Below are positions 18,231 through 28,650 of a stretch of 64,000 nucleotides of DNA, piece after piece. Made by a program: the position numbers and the translations under genes. The DNA comes from an uncultured Bifidobacteriaceae bacterium (GTDB taxonomy: Bacteria; Bacteroidota; Bacteroidia; Chitinophagales; UBA10324), in assembly GCA_964424455.1 (NCBI GenBank), contig CAYRJA010000005.1, forward strand, positions 3,344 to 67,343, in the 5' to 3' direction. The notes below the pieces were generated by a model. That model did not search any database. It was given only the letters and a program-made list of their open reading frames with translations, and was not told the origin of the DNA. Numbering within the stretch: position 1 is the stretch's first letter; each line of letters opens with the position of its first letter.

Positions 18231-18238
18231 TATATTTG
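18231..18238 (+). promoter_or_regulatory. Bacteroidota -7 promoter box (TAnnTTTG)
   Basis: TATATTTG is an exact match to the consensus, 14 nt upstream of the ATG at 18252. No clean -33 TTTG was found. Confidence 0.35.
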
Positions 18239-18251
18239 CAAAGTCATTGAT

Positions 18252-18626
18252 ATGCAGAAAATTATCTCCTTATTATTCCTTGTGATTTTTCTGGCAAGCA
18301 CAACCGGTGTGATTGTAGAATCTCATTATTGTGAGATGAAGAAATGCAAGACGGAGAACTCTGTAAAGAAAAAATGCTGCAGCGATAAAACGGAAAAACA
18401 TACTAAGGGATGCTGCAAGAACGAAATAAAAGTTATAAAAATATCAGACAACTTCAGGTCTGTTCAGCATGAAAAGCAATTTATCCCTGTTGCTGTTTCG
18501 CTGCTGATTCCGGAATACAGCAATTATTATATAGATAACGATAGAGCATTATCCTTTCTAAAACTGGATGAATCCCCGCCGGATCAATTATCCTCTCCAT
18601 CCTTTTTGCAGGTATTTCGTATTTGA
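18252..18626 (+). CDS. Cys-rich small protein (HYC_CC_PP-type, by recollection)
   Basis: 124 aa with a signal/anchor helix and the motifs ESHYCEM, KKCCSD, GCCKNE and ESPPDQ. It lies directly upstream of the TonB-dependent receptor. Confidence 0.6.
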   Translation: MQKIISLLFLVIFLASTTGVIVESHYCEMKKCKTENSVKKKCCSDKTEKHTKGCCKNEIKVIKISDNFRSVQHEKQFIPVAVSLLIPEYSNYYIDNDRALSFLKLDESPPDQLSSPSFLQVFRI

Positions 18627-18734
18627 TTAAGTGATTTTAGCTGTGACTGTTACAGCTATAGTCTGATATGATGTGAATATAAAGTTATGTCATTCAGCAG
18701 AGCAGAAATGTTTTCATTTACTTAATCTTCTATT

Positions 18735-20930
18735 ATGAAAAAAGTGATTCTAATTTTAATTATGTTAATCTCTGCATACGGATTACATGCACAGCATGTG
18801 ATGGGCACTGTAACAGAGGATGAAAACGGGAAAGAAATTCCTGTTATTGGTGCTTCAGTAATTTTTGTTGGAACATCAGTTGGAACGAGAACTGATGAAA
18901 TGGGCATGTTTCATCTGGATAAACCGGATAAAAATGCCACTCAGCTTGTGATCAGCTATGTCGGGTACAAGAATGATACTATTCCTGCCGAAGGTACGGA
19001 TATAAAAGTGGTGTTACAGAAGTCAATTGAACTGCAAGGTGTAGAAATAACAGCTAAGGATAATGGATCCTACATATCTCAACTTAAACCATTAAAAACA
19101 GAAGTACTTACGACTAATGAACTAAGAAAAAATGCTTGTTGTAACCTCTCTGAAAGTTTTGAGTCAAATCCGACTGTTGATGTGGCATTTTCTGATGCTG
19201 TAACAGGTGCAAAACAGATTCAACTGTTAGGTCTGTCCGGAGTTTATGTTCAGACACTGACAGATGTACTGCCAACTTTACGGGGGCTGGCTACTACTTA
19301 TGGACTTACTTACATTCCCGGCTCATGGATAGAATCTATTCAAATGAATAAAGGAACCGGCTCAGTAGCCAACGGTTATGAGTCAATCACAGGGCAAATA
19401 AATGTAGAGCTGAAAAAGCCGGAGATTAGTGATAAACTTTTTGTTAATCTATATACAAATTCGGAACAGCGTGGAGAAGCTAACCTGTTATGGTCGCACA
19501 AGCTGAACAGCAAGTGGAGTACAATGCTGCTCACACATGGTAGTGGGTTGCAACAAAAAATAGATCACAACCGAGATGGATTTTTAGACATTCCATTGAG
19601 CAAACAATTAAATGTTTTTAACCGATGGAAATTTGAGTCAGGTAAGCATATAGAGGCAATGTTTGGCGCTAAAGCATTGGTTGACCAGAAGAAAGCAGGT
19701 CAGACAATTTTTAACTTCGCTGATGCTCGTCCTGATTCTTCGCGTTATGGAATTAATCTGAACACTACAAGGGTGGAAGCTTTTTTGAAAAGCAGTTACA
19801 CTTCATTAACGAAGGAATATCAGAGTGTAGGAATCCAGCTTTCAGGGATATATCATCAGCAGGATGGATTTTACGGAGTGAGAAATTATTCAGGTACTGA
19901 AAATTATTTCTATTCCAATATGATTTTTCAATCTGCTTTTGACAATACAATGCATACATACAGAACAGGATTGAGTTTTGTGTATGACGATATTGATGAA
20001 AAGTTTGGAGAGTTGAATTTAAGAAGAACCGAAATTGTACCGGGAGCATTTTTTGAATACACATTAGACAATTCTAAAAACTTTGCAATGGTGGCAGGTG
20101 TTCGTGGTGATTACAATAGTACTTTTGGTTTTGTATTCACTCCGCGTGTTCATGTAAAATACAATCTAACAAAGACTACCGTGTTAAGAGCATCAGCAGG
20201 CAATGGATTCAGAACAGTAAATATTTTCTCAGAGAATGCTGCATTTCTTGCCAGCTCAAGAGAATTTATTATTAAAGAGAAATTGAATCCCGAACGGGCA
20301 TGGAATGGCGGAGTCAATCTTACACAAAACTTTCATATAGGTAACAGAGAGGGAACATGGGGCGTTGATTTTTACAGAACACAGTTTCAGAATAAAATAA
20401 TCGCAGATGTATATTCTAATCCACAGCAGATTGTGTTTTACAATCTGAGAGGAGAGTCTTATGCCAACAGTTTTCAGACAGATATAAATATGGAGGTGGT
20501 AAAAAATCTGAATGTCCGGCTGGCTTATAAATACAATGATGTGAAAGAAACCATAAATGGAAAACTTTCTGATAAGCCATTAGTGCCTAAGCAAAGAGCT
20601 TTGTTTAATATTGCTTACGACACACCGGATAAACACTGGAAGTTTGATTTTACTACACAGTGGGTTGGCGAACAGCAGTTGCCTGTTACAGAAAGCATAT
20701 TCCAGATTCCGGATCATTCTCCCGATTATTTCCGGCTGCTTGGTCAGGTTACATACATGATGAAGAAATGGGAATTCTATGTCGGTGGAGAAAATTTGAC
20801 AGATTATACCCAGTCCAATCCTATTATTGCAAGTAATGATCCTTTTGGTCCCTATTTTGATTCTTCCGTAGTATGGGGACCAATCACAGGACGAATGTTC
20901 TACGGAGGATTACGATTCACAATTAAATAA
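18735..20930 (+). CDS. TonB-dependent receptor with N-terminal carboxypeptidase-regulatory-like domain
   Basis: 731 aa with a signal peptide, a CarboxypepD_reg-like GTVTEDENGKEIPVIGASVIFVGTSVGTRTDEMGMFHL, plug and barrel regions, and a C-terminal GRMFYGGLRFTIK. Confidence 0.85.
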   Translation: MKKVILILIMLISAYGLHAQHVMGTVTEDENGKEIPVIGASVIFVGTSVGTRTDEMGMFHLDKPDKNATQLVISYVGYKNDTIPAEGTDIKVVLQKSIELQGVEITAKDNGSYISQLKPLKTEVLTTNELRKNACCNLSESFESNPTVDVAFSDAVTGAKQIQLLGLSGVYVQTLTDVLPTLRGLATTYGLTYIPGSWIESIQMNKGTGSVANGYESITGQINVELKKPEISDKLFVNLYTNSEQRGEANLLWSHKLNSKWSTMLLTHGSGLQQKIDHNRDGFLDIPLSKQLNVFNRWKFESGKHIEAMFGAKALVDQKKAGQTIFNFADARPDSSRYGINLNTTRVEAFLKSSYTSLTKEYQSVGIQLSGIYHQQDGFYGVRNYSGTENYFYSNMIFQSAFDNTMHTYRTGLSFVYDDIDEKFGELNLRRTEIVPGAFFEYTLDNSKNFAMVAGVRGDYNSTFGFVFTPRVHVKYNLTKTTVLRASAGNGFRTVNIFSENAAFLASSREFIIKEKLNPERAWNGGVNLTQNFHIGNREGTWGVDFYRTQFQNKIIADVYSNPQQIVFYNLRGESYANSFQTDINMEVVKNLNVRLAYKYNDVKETINGKLSDKPLVPKQRALFNIAYDTPDKHWKFDFTTQWVGEQQLPVTESIFQIPDHSPDYFRLLGQVTYMMKKWEFYVGGENLTDYTQSNPIIASNDPFGPYFDSSVVWGPITGRMFYGGLRFTIK

Positions 20931-20939
20931 CTAAATACT

Positions 20940-21299
20940 ATGAAAACAATCAACATCATTTCAGCTCTTTTAGTACTTCTTTCCTTTCAGAATGCCTTTT
21001 CAGCATCCTTTAGTGGAGGAAAAGAAAAAGTGGTAATTCAGACTTCTGCAACTTGCGAGTCGTGCCAAAGCAGGATAGAGAACGCATTAAACAACCTTAA
21101 GGGCGTAAAGTCCTGTTCTCTGAATCTTGACGATAAGAAAGTAACAGTAGTTTACAACCCGAAAAAAACTACAGTAGAGCAGATTAAGAAAACAATTTCA
21201 GACACAGGTTACGATGCAGATGAAGTGAATGCAAATCAAAATGCTTATAACAAACTGCCGGGATGTTGCAAGAAAGGCGGTCACGGAGATAATCATTAA
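20940..21299 (+). CDS. heavy-metal-associated (HMA) domain protein
   Basis: 119 aa with a signal peptide, the CxxC motif TCESCQSRIENAL, and the C-terminal CCKKGGHGDNH. Confidence 0.8.
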   Translation: MKTINIISALLVLLSFQNAFSASFSGGKEKVVIQTSATCESCQSRIENALNNLKGVKSCSLNLDDKKVTVVYNPKKTTVEQIKKTISDTGYDADEVNANQNAYNKLPGCCKKGGHGDNH

Positions 21300-21339
21300 G
21301 TTTGCAGAAAATTTCTAAATCATTTTTAATTCGCTAATC

Positions 21340-21633
21340 ATGAAGTTGTTAAAAATCTTTTCAGCAGGACTATTAGTAGTTCTCATCGCTTGTAATCAAC
21401 AAAGTACAAAGCCGGAAGTTGTTACAGATACTCCTGCAAACACAATGGAGCAGGATGAATCTCTTATCAATGTGGACATAGCTAAACTCGCAGGCGATAA
21501 AGATTTAGTCTGCGGCATGTCGCTGAAAGGAGGCATTGCAGACACTGTAACACACAGCAGCAAACTCTATGGGTTTTGCAGTACCGAATGTAAAGATGAG
21601 TTTATTAAAAACCCTTCTCAGTATCTGAAATAA
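21340..21633 (+). CDS. YHS/TRASH-type metal-binding lipoprotein
   Basis: 97 aa with lipobox-like LIACN, plus LVCGMSL and YGFCSTECKDEFIKNPSQYL. Confidence 0.7.
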   Translation: MKLLKIFSAGLLVVLIACNQQSTKPEVVTDTPANTMEQDESLINVDIAKLAGDKDLVCGMSLKGGIADTVTHSSKLYGFCSTECKDEFIKNPSQYLK

Positions 21634-21636
21634 GCT

Positions 21637-22296
21637 GTGGAATTAAAAAATATAAAACCGTACCATTACATCTATGTTTTGGTAGTTATTGTAGTGGTTG
21701 TAGGTGCATGGTTTTCGTATAACAGTTCGAAACCGGTTATGCTGCTACCTATTTATGGAGAACTGAACGCAGACAGTAGTTATCATTCTATTCCTGCGTT
21801 CAGTTTTACAGACCAGTCAGGTGTAACAGTTACTAATCAAACATTTGACAGCGGTGTTTATTTAACTGATTTTTTCTTTACACATTGCCCGTCTATATGC
21901 CCGAAGATGTCCGGTAATTTGGAAGAACTTGCAGGAGAATTTAAAGATGAGCCACGGTTGAAAATCTTATCTCACACAGTTGACCCTATGAGAGATTCCG
22001 TTTCAGTTCTGTTGAAGTATTCCAAAAAGTACAATGCCAATCCTGAACAGTGGCATTTTGTAACAGGTGCAAAGAGTGATTTATACGATATTGCCAGAAA
22101 AGGATATTATCTGTCAGCAACTCAGGGAGATGGCGGTGAAAATGATTTTGTACATACACAGAATATGGCTCTTGTGGATTGGAACAGACACATCCGTGGG
22201 TTTTATGACGGTACAGACAAAATTGCAATGAAAAAATGTGCAACGGATATTAAGCTATTGCTAAAAGAGTACGACTGGAAGAAGAACAATAAATAG
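21637..22296 (+). CDS. SCO1/SenC-family copper chaperone
   Basis: 219 aa with a GTG start, a TM anchor and the thioredoxin-fold motif FFFTHCPSICPKM. Confidence 0.85.
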   Translation: MELKNIKPYHYIYVLVVIVVVVGAWFSYNSSKPVMLLPIYGELNADSSYHSIPAFSFTDQSGVTVTNQTFDSGVYLTDFFFTHCPSICPKMSGNLEELAGEFKDEPRLKILSHTVDPMRDSVSVLLKYSKKYNANPEQWHFVTGAKSDLYDIARKGYYLSATQGDGGENDFVHTQNMALVDWNRHIRGFYDGTDKIAMKKCATDIKLLLKEYDWKKNNK

Positions 22297-22301
22297 CTGA
22301 T

Positions 22302-22826
22302 TTATTTTTTGATACATACCACCTCGCTGAGTTTATCATGCCATGTTTGCTTTTTGTCTGAAACAAAGTAGGCAAGACAACTGAGTATAGAAGGGATAAC
22401 TGCGATTATAATAAATACTAAATATACCCAAGAGCGTATCATAAAATTCCTGTAGGGAGGCATACCTAATGTATGTTCTGATACGAGTTTAATGCCCACT
22501 ATTCGTTTTCCCACTGTACCACCGGATGCTTCCATAAGTGGTGAATAAAGCAGAACCCAAATCATAATTGCCAAAGCAGGCATTGCCTGACTTAAGCCGG
22601 TCATGATATAATCTGCATTATAAATCTCATCTTTCTTTATAAAATAAAATGCAACAATCTGAATACTATATGTAATTAATAAAATGATGGCAGTATCAAT
22701 CAACCGGGAAATTACTCTCTGTAAAAAGCTGGCATATACAGGAGGGTTAGTTTCCTTTTCCACCTCTTCTATGATGTGATTCAGAAACTTTTCTACCGGA
22801 TCATTTTGTGCTGTAGGAGATACCAT
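22302..22826 (-). CDS. RDD-family membrane protein
   Basis: 174 aa with RLIDTAIILLI, GTVGKRIVGIKLV and WHDKLSEVVCI. Confidence 0.7.
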   Translation of the reverse strand: MVSPTAQNDPVEKFLNHIIEEVEKETNPPVYASFLQRVISRLIDTAIILLITYSIQIVAFYFIKKDEIYNADYIMTGLSQAMPALAIMIWVLLYSPLMEASGGTVGKRIVGIKLVSEHTLGMPPYRNFMIRSWVYLVFIIIAVIPSILSCLAYFVSDKKQTWHDKLSEVVCIKK

Positions 22827-22873
22827 ACTGATTTAATATCAAAAGTAATAAATAGAAAAAACAATAGAATCGT

Positions 22874-23377
22874 TCATTCGATACTATTTCTTTTCCCAAG
22901 TTCAATCACTTCAAGATTCTTTATTATTCCATTGTCAATTTCAAATTTCACAATAGTGCGCATAATATGAAAACCACTCTTGCCTGCTGCTCCGGGATTG
23001 ATGTGAAGCAAGTTGAGTTTCTTATCAGGCATAACTTTGAGAATATGAGAGTGCCCGCAAATAAAAAGTTTAGGAGGGTTCTTATAAATTTCTTCCTTCA
23101 CCTTTATATCGTAATGACCCGGATAACCGCCAATATGAGTCATCCATACATCTAAGCCCTCTATCGTAAAACGGCTATTGAGAGGAAACTGCTGTCGGAT
23201 TTCACTTCCATCAATATTACCATAAACACCCCTCAATGGTTTAAACTCTTCTAATGTTTTGGCAACATCAGGTCCGAAATCTCCGGCGTGCCATATTTCA
23301 TCGCAAGAACAGAAGTGATCAAGAACTCTTTCATCGAGATAACCGTGCGTGTCAGAAAGCAGTCCGATTCTTTTCAA
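22874..23377 (-). CDS. YfcE/MJ0936-family metallophosphoesterase
   Basis: 167 aa with LSDTHG, WHAGD, GNID and CGHSH. Confidence 0.85.
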   Translation of the reverse strand: MKRIGLLSDTHGYLDERVLDHFCSCDEIWHAGDFGPDVAKTLEEFKPLRGVYGNIDGSEIRQQFPLNSRFTIEGLDVWMTHIGGYPGHYDIKVKEEIYKNPPKLFICGHSHILKVMPDKKLNLLHINPGAAGKSGFHIMRTIVKFEIDNGIIKNLEVIELGKRNSIE

Positions 23378-23396
23378 GAAAAATTTTTATATCAGA

Positions 23397-25202
23397 TTAA
23401 ACATAAAGTTTACTGTCAATCAACTCCTGATAAGTATAGGTTTTAGAGATTGCACCTTCTGACACTTCATATATTCTTGAACATTTTTTGAGTGTAGTAT
23501 AGCGGTGGGCAATCATTAACACGGTCTTTTTTTCACCGAAAAGATTGTTAATGGTTTCTATAATTTCATTTTCAGTTTTACTGTCAAGTGCACTGGTAGC
23601 TTCGTCAAACAATATTATTTCTGAATCATGATAAAGAGCACGCGCAATGGCAATTCTCTGTTTTTGACCACCTGATAATTTACCCCCGTGCTCACCAATG
23701 TTTGATTCAATTCCCTTAGGAAGACTATTTATGAAATCAGTTAATGATGCCCTGTTAATACAGTCATTCAACTTTTCATAATCAATCTTCTTTTGTCCAA
23801 CTCCAAAAGCAATATTCTGAGCCAATGAGGTATCAAGCAAGTAATAGTCCTGCCTGACATAGCCAATTAAATGCCGCCATCCTGCTATATGGTTTGCAGC
23901 AAGGGGTTTACCATCTACTAAAAACCTGCCTGAGTTTTCAGCCAACAGCCGGAGAATAATGTTGAAGATAGTTGACTTGCCCGAACCGGAAGTTCCGATA
24001 AAACCTACTATCTCGCCTTTATTAATTTCAAAAGACAAATTGTTTAATACTAATTTAGAGTCGGGAGAATAACGATAAGATATGTTATCAAAGCTTATAC
24101 TCTTGTTAAACTCAGGGATTTCATCTTTCGCATCATTTAAATATTCTTTTAAGGCATGTGCTTCTGATAACTGAGGTAATCCGTTCAGTACTGTAAATGT
24201 GTATTGCCCTGATTTTATTTTAACAAGGGATGACATCATTCTGTTTATGGAAGGCATCAGTCTATAGGCAGCTACAGCGAAAAACATAAGATAATTCATA
24301 ACATAAGTCATACTCAGGTCAGTTATGTATGAATATATGAATATCAGGAAGATCCCTAAAATAGCAGCAACTTCAATAAATTTAGTAGGAGAGAATTCAA
24401 TAACAAGCAGCAAGGTGCTGTGTTTGTAAAGACTCCTTAATTGCACAAAATATTTTTTTAGAAAGAATGATACTTTATTATTAAGTAATACATCAATATG
24501 CCCATGAATATTCTGATACAATAGTTGATAAACCATATAACGATCCTGATTTTTTGCTTTACCCAATGCCTGTGATCGTTTTTTTATGACCCGATAGAAT
24601 AATATAGTCGCAGGGAATAAAATCAATACTAATATGAATAAGATATTAATCATTGTAAGTGCAATACCGGCAATAATTAATATCAACACTATTAATTCAG
24701 AAAAGAAACTGAACAGCGGCATCAATATGGTTGTAGAGAAATCAATGGGAATCGTAGTGATATTATTAGAGGTAATGTTTGAGTTCTCATTTCTTACTCT
24801 TAAGAAATCCCATGTAAAGAACTCACTGAATTTCCTTTCTGTAAGATTCTCGGAAACCTGATATGCAAACCGTGATGTGATATGGAAAATGTAAAGTGTA
24901 ATAATATTCTTAATTAAAAAGAATACTACCAATCCACCCACTAGCATAAACAGGAAGTTCTGTTCAGAATTAAATTTAAAGAGATTGTAAACGGAGTTAA
25001 TGATTTCATTTGTATGAATAATAGAAATATTGGTTGCCATATTTATTATACCAAAAAGTAAACCCAATCCGATAATATCAAGTATGCCGCTTACTAAGAT
25101 GATAATAATCATCAAATATGATTTCCTGCGATGCTCAGGCGATAGCAGTTGGTAGGTTTGCTTTACAGTCTGGTATATAATATTGCTTTGTATAAACTTC
25201 AT
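23397..25202 (-). CDS. ABC transporter, fused permease/ATP-binding (MsbA-like exporter)
   Basis: 601 aa with six-helix N-terminal half, Walker A GTSGSGKST, signature LSGGQKQRIAIARAL and Walker B ILFDEATSALD. Confidence 0.9.
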   Translation of the reverse strand: MKFIQSNIIYQTVKQTYQLLSPEHRRKSYLMIIIILVSGILDIIGLGLLFGIINMATNISIIHTNEIINSVYNLFKFNSEQNFLFMLVGGLVVFFLIKNIITLYIFHITSRFAYQVSENLTERKFSEFFTWDFLRVRNENSNITSNNITTIPIDFSTTILMPLFSFFSELIVLILIIAGIALTMINILFILVLILFPATILFYRVIKKRSQALGKAKNQDRYMVYQLLYQNIHGHIDVLLNNKVSFFLKKYFVQLRSLYKHSTLLLVIEFSPTKFIEVAAILGIFLIFIYSYITDLSMTYVMNYLMFFAVAAYRLMPSINRMMSSLVKIKSGQYTFTVLNGLPQLSEAHALKEYLNDAKDEIPEFNKSISFDNISYRYSPDSKLVLNNLSFEINKGEIVGFIGTSGSGKSTIFNIILRLLAENSGRFLVDGKPLAANHIAGWRHLIGYVRQDYYLLDTSLAQNIAFGVGQKKIDYEKLNDCINRASLTDFINSLPKGIESNIGEHGGKLSGGQKQRIAIARALYHDSEIILFDEATSALDSKTENEIIETINNLFGEKKTVLMIAHRYTTLKKCSRIYEVSEGAISKTYTYQELIDSKLYV

Positions 25203-25208
25203 ATCCTC

Positions 25209-26186
25209 TTACTGTAATCTTGTAAATTCTTTTAATAATTTTTCTCTGTTTACCGGAACAACACCGGACTCTTCACAGACTAATCCTCCTGCAATATTAG
25301 CAAGCGTCATTGTTTCGTGTAATGGTAACTGTGCAGCAAAAGCAACTGCAACCGTTGCAATTACCGTATCACCTGCTCCTGAAACATCTGATATATTCCG
25401 TATATGAGCCGGAAGTATATAACTCCTTTTTCCGTCGTGGTAGTAAACGCCCTTGTCGGAAAGTGTAACCATCAGTATCTTATTGTTAATTTTCTTTCGA
25501 AGTGTTACAGCAGTTCTGTTAAGCGATTCTACATCACTGCCGGAAATACTCATCGCTTCTTTTATTTCACGGAGATTTGGCTTGAATAAAAAAGCATTTT
25601 TGAATTCAAAGAAATTCTTCTTCTTGGGATCAACTACAAATAGAATGTTATTTTTCTGAAGAAGTGTGATAGATGAGTTAATAAAATCTTTTGATAATAG
25701 TCCTTTATTGTAATCTTCATAAATTACAACATCAGGTTTTCTCTTAATGATTTCATCTTTTAAAGTATTCAAAAGAAGTGTTGTCTCTTGATTTGATATA
25801 TCGTCTGTTATTTCTTCATCGAAGCGGAGCAACTGATGGTTACTGCTGATAACCCGTGATTTGACAGTAGTTTTTCTCTCTGATGAAGTAAGAACACCGT
25901 TTGATTCAATTTTATTTTTCTTTAAAAGCGAAATCAAAACCTTACCTGCTTCGTCTTTACCACACACGGAAATAAGAGATACTTCAGAGCCAAGTCCTTT
26001 TATATTAAGAGCTACATTGGCTGCACCTCCAAGTCGTGTTTCTATGTTCGTAACATTCACTACCGGAACAGGAGCTTCAGGAGAGATTCTTTCTACAGGA
26101 CCTTTAATATAACGGTCAAGTATTGAATCGCCGATAATCAATACCCGAATATTCTTAAACCTATCGAACAACTCTTCCTGTGTCAT
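25209..26186 (-). CDS. PfkB-family sugar kinase, RfaE domain-I-like (heptose 7-phosphate kinase-like)
   Basis: 325 aa with VLIIGDSILDRYI..ISPEAPVPVV..RLGGAANVA and a C-terminal GAGDTVIA. Confidence 0.75.
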   Translation of the reverse strand: MTQEELFDRFKNIRVLIIGDSILDRYIKGPVERISPEAPVPVVNVTNIETRLGGAANVALNIKGLGSEVSLISVCGKDEAGKVLISLLKKNKIESNGVLTSSERKTTVKSRVISSNHQLLRFDEEITDDISNQETTLLLNTLKDEIIKRKPDVVIYEDYNKGLLSKDFINSSITLLQKNNILFVVDPKKKNFFEFKNAFLFKPNLREIKEAMSISGSDVESLNRTAVTLRKKINNKILMVTLSDKGVYYHDGKRSYILPAHIRNISDVSGAGDTVIATVAVAFAAQLPLHETMTLANIAGGLVCEESGVVPVNREKLLKEFTRLQ

Positions 26187-27376
26187 GATAATTTCTGAAG
26201 AGCAGATTTTATTCTTTTTAGCGCTTCTGTTAATTTTTCTTCAGAAGCAGCATAAGAAATACGAATACAATTCTTTTCCCCGAAAGCGGTTCCTGTTACA
26301 ACGGAAACATTGCCTTCATGCAGTAAGTACATGCACAAATCATCAGCAGAATTGATAGTGTGATTCTGATACTTTTTTCCAAAGTAGGAACTTACATCAG
26401 GAAAAAAATAAAAAGCGCCTTCTGGATGGTTTATTTTTATCTCTGGGATTTCTTTCAGCAGTACTTCAACTAAATTTCTTCTTTTTAAGAACGCATCCCG
26501 CATCTTGTAGGTTTCCGATAAATCACCATTGAGTGCAGCAAGCGCTGCCCGCTGAGATACCGAAGAAGTTCCGGAGGTTACTTGCCCCTGAACCTTTTCA
26601 CATGCAATTGCGACTTCTTTATTTGCTGCTATATATCCGACACGCCAACCAGTCATTGCAAAACCTTTTGAACACCCGTTTACAATGATTGTCCGTTCTC
26701 TGATATTGTCGAATTGTGCGATGGATTCATGCTTACCTGAAAAATTGATATGTTCATAAATCTCATCACTGATAACGAAAATATTTTCGTAGCCGGTAAG
26801 CATATCTGCCAATGCACGAAGCTCTTCCTTATTGTAAACAGCGCCTGTTGGATTGCAGGGAGAAGAAAAACACAACAACTTTGTTTTGGGAGTGATGGCC
26901 GCCTTTAACTCTTTGGCTGTAATCTTGAATTCATTTTCAAGTTTCGTATCCACTTTTACAAGTACTCCACCTGCAAGTTTCACCATTTCACGATAGCTTA
27001 CCCAATAAGGACTCGGGCAGATTACTTCATCGCCCGGGTTAAGAAGCGCCAGCATGGTGTTGGCAAGACTTTGTTTTGCACCTGTACTTACAACTATCTG
27101 GTCAGGGGTGAAAGTGAGATTGTTTTCACGAAGAAATTTTTCTGCAATTGCTTTTCTGAGTTCTAAAAAACCTGCAACAGGAGTGTATTTTGTATATCCA
27201 TCATCAATTGCCTTCTTAGCGGCTTCTTTAATAAATTTTGGAGTATCGAAATCCGGCTCGCCCAAACTTAAATCAATAATATCATGACCTTGAGATTTTA
27301 ATTCCCGGCTCAACTTAGCCATTTGCAAGGTCTCAGATTCAGCCAGTAAGCTTATTCGTTCGGATATAAAGTTCAT
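26183..27376 (-). CDS. PLP-dependent aminotransferase (aspartate aminotransferase class I)
   Basis: 397 aa with SLGEPDFDTP and the PLP-lysine context NGCSKGFAMTGWRVGY. Confidence 0.9.
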   Translation of the reverse strand: MNFISERISLLAESETLQMAKLSRELKSQGHDIIDLSLGEPDFDTPKFIKEAAKKAIDDGYTKYTPVAGFLELRKAIAEKFLRENNLTFTPDQIVVSTGAKQSLANTMLALLNPGDEVICPSPYWVSYREMVKLAGGVLVKVDTKLENEFKITAKELKAAITPKTKLLCFSSPCNPTGAVYNKEELRALADMLTGYENIFVISDEIYEHINFSGKHESIAQFDNIRERTIIVNGCSKGFAMTGWRVGYIAANKEVAIACEKVQGQVTSGTSSVSQRAALAALNGDLSETYKMRDAFLKRRNLVEVLLKEIPEIKINHPEGAFYFFPDVSSYFGKKYQNHTINSADDLCMYLLHEGNVSVVTGTAFGEKNCIRISYAASEEKLTEALKRIKSALQKLS

Positions 27377-27414
27377 AGGAAAATTCAGAGGTTGCGAAAA
27401 TAGAGAAAAATACT

Positions 27415-27969
27415 TTGAGCTATGTCTTATTTACTCCTTATTATTATATTAAGAGTTATGTTTCTGTAAATTCGCAGAAAGTTTATAAAAGAGTGAAAAC
27501 TGAAAATATAGAAAACGGGTTATCTTATTTTTTTGCGGATGAAGTTTTGTACGATTTACCAGATGAGAAAGAAGAGATTGTATTTGAAGGGGGAAATAAA
27601 AAAAGGATATTGTTACTCTTTAATAATTCATTGACAGAAAAAATTTCAGGAACAGAGAAAGAAATTCTGACACGATTACTCACCGCTTTAAAGTCTTCAA
27701 TAGATGATATTGCGATTGTGAATACAGCTTTCTCAAATCAGGTGAGTTTCAGACAACTTGATAAACAATTCAAATTCGATTCATTAACAGCTTTCGGTGT
27801 TACACCAACTGAAATAAAGCTGAATATTGAAGCGCCATTGTATCAAACGGTTCATTTTGGAGCAAGTAAATTATTATTCTGTGAATCACTTATTGTGATT
27901 GATAAGAATAAAGACACCAAATTGAAATTCTGGACTCATTTTTCTCCATTATTTTTTGCTGAAAAATAA
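27415..27969 (+). CDS. hypothetical protein
   Basis: 184 aa starting at TTG. No motif was recognised and the true start is uncertain. Confidence 0.45.
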   Translation: MSYVLFTPYYYIKSYVSVNSQKVYKRVKTENIENGLSYFFADEVLYDLPDEKEEIVFEGGNKKRILLLFNNSLTEKISGTEKEILTRLLTALKSSIDDIAIVNTAFSNQVSFRQLDKQFKFDSLTAFGVTPTEIKLNIEAPLYQTVHFGASKLLFCESLIVIDKNKDTKLKFWTHFSPLFFAEK

Positions 27970-27975
27970 TTTGAA

Positions 27976-28548
27976 TTGAAATTATTATTTGCTACACAAA
28001 ACAGAAACAAGGCAGCCGAAATAATGCGTATGGCGGAACAGGCACAAGAAATAGTAACACTACAAGAGTTGAACTATACTGAGGAACTGCCAGAAACACA
28101 TTTTACACTTGAGGAAAACGCCATAGAGAAAGCAAGATTTGTTTACCATCTTTTTCATCAAAACTGTTTTGCAGAGGACACAGGGTTAGAGGTGAATGCA
28201 CTCGGTGGAGCGCCGGGAGTTTTTTCCGCCCGATATGGTGGTGAAGAGAAAAATCCTGAAAAAAATATTGAAAGACTGCTCAACGAAATGAAAAATGAAT
28301 CAGATCGCAGAGCATGTTTCAGAACGGTTATTGCATTAATAATAAACGGAGAAGAACATATATTTCAGGGAGAAGTAACAGGGATGATTTTAAAAGAGGA
28401 GAGAGGAGCAGGAGGTTTTGGTTACGATCCTGTTTTTCAGCCGGATGGATTTAATAAGAGCTTTGCAGAAATGAGTAAAGAAGTGAAAGACAACATTAGT
28501 CACCGTGCGGCAGCATTTCAAAAGATGATTGAGTTTTTGAGAAAGTAA
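27976..28548 (+). CDS. rdgB: non-canonical purine NTP pyrophosphatase (RdgB/HAM1)
   Basis: 190 aa with a TTG start, FATQNRNKAAEI, FGYDPVFQP and SHRAAAF. Confidence 0.9.
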   Translation: MKLLFATQNRNKAAEIMRMAEQAQEIVTLQELNYTEELPETHFTLEENAIEKARFVYHLFHQNCFAEDTGLEVNALGGAPGVFSARYGGEEKNPEKNIERLLNEMKNESDRRACFRTVIALIINGEEHIFQGEVTGMILKEERGAGGFGYDPVFQPDGFNKSFAEMSKEVKDNISHRAAAFQKMIEFLRK

Positions 28549-28650
28549 GTTCTGTATCTTCTATTCACACCCTGCTGTACATACTTAAACAATTCTTTTT
28601 CGCAAATGCAACGAAAGTCATTACTTTTAAGTCCTTTAAACTGACAACAG

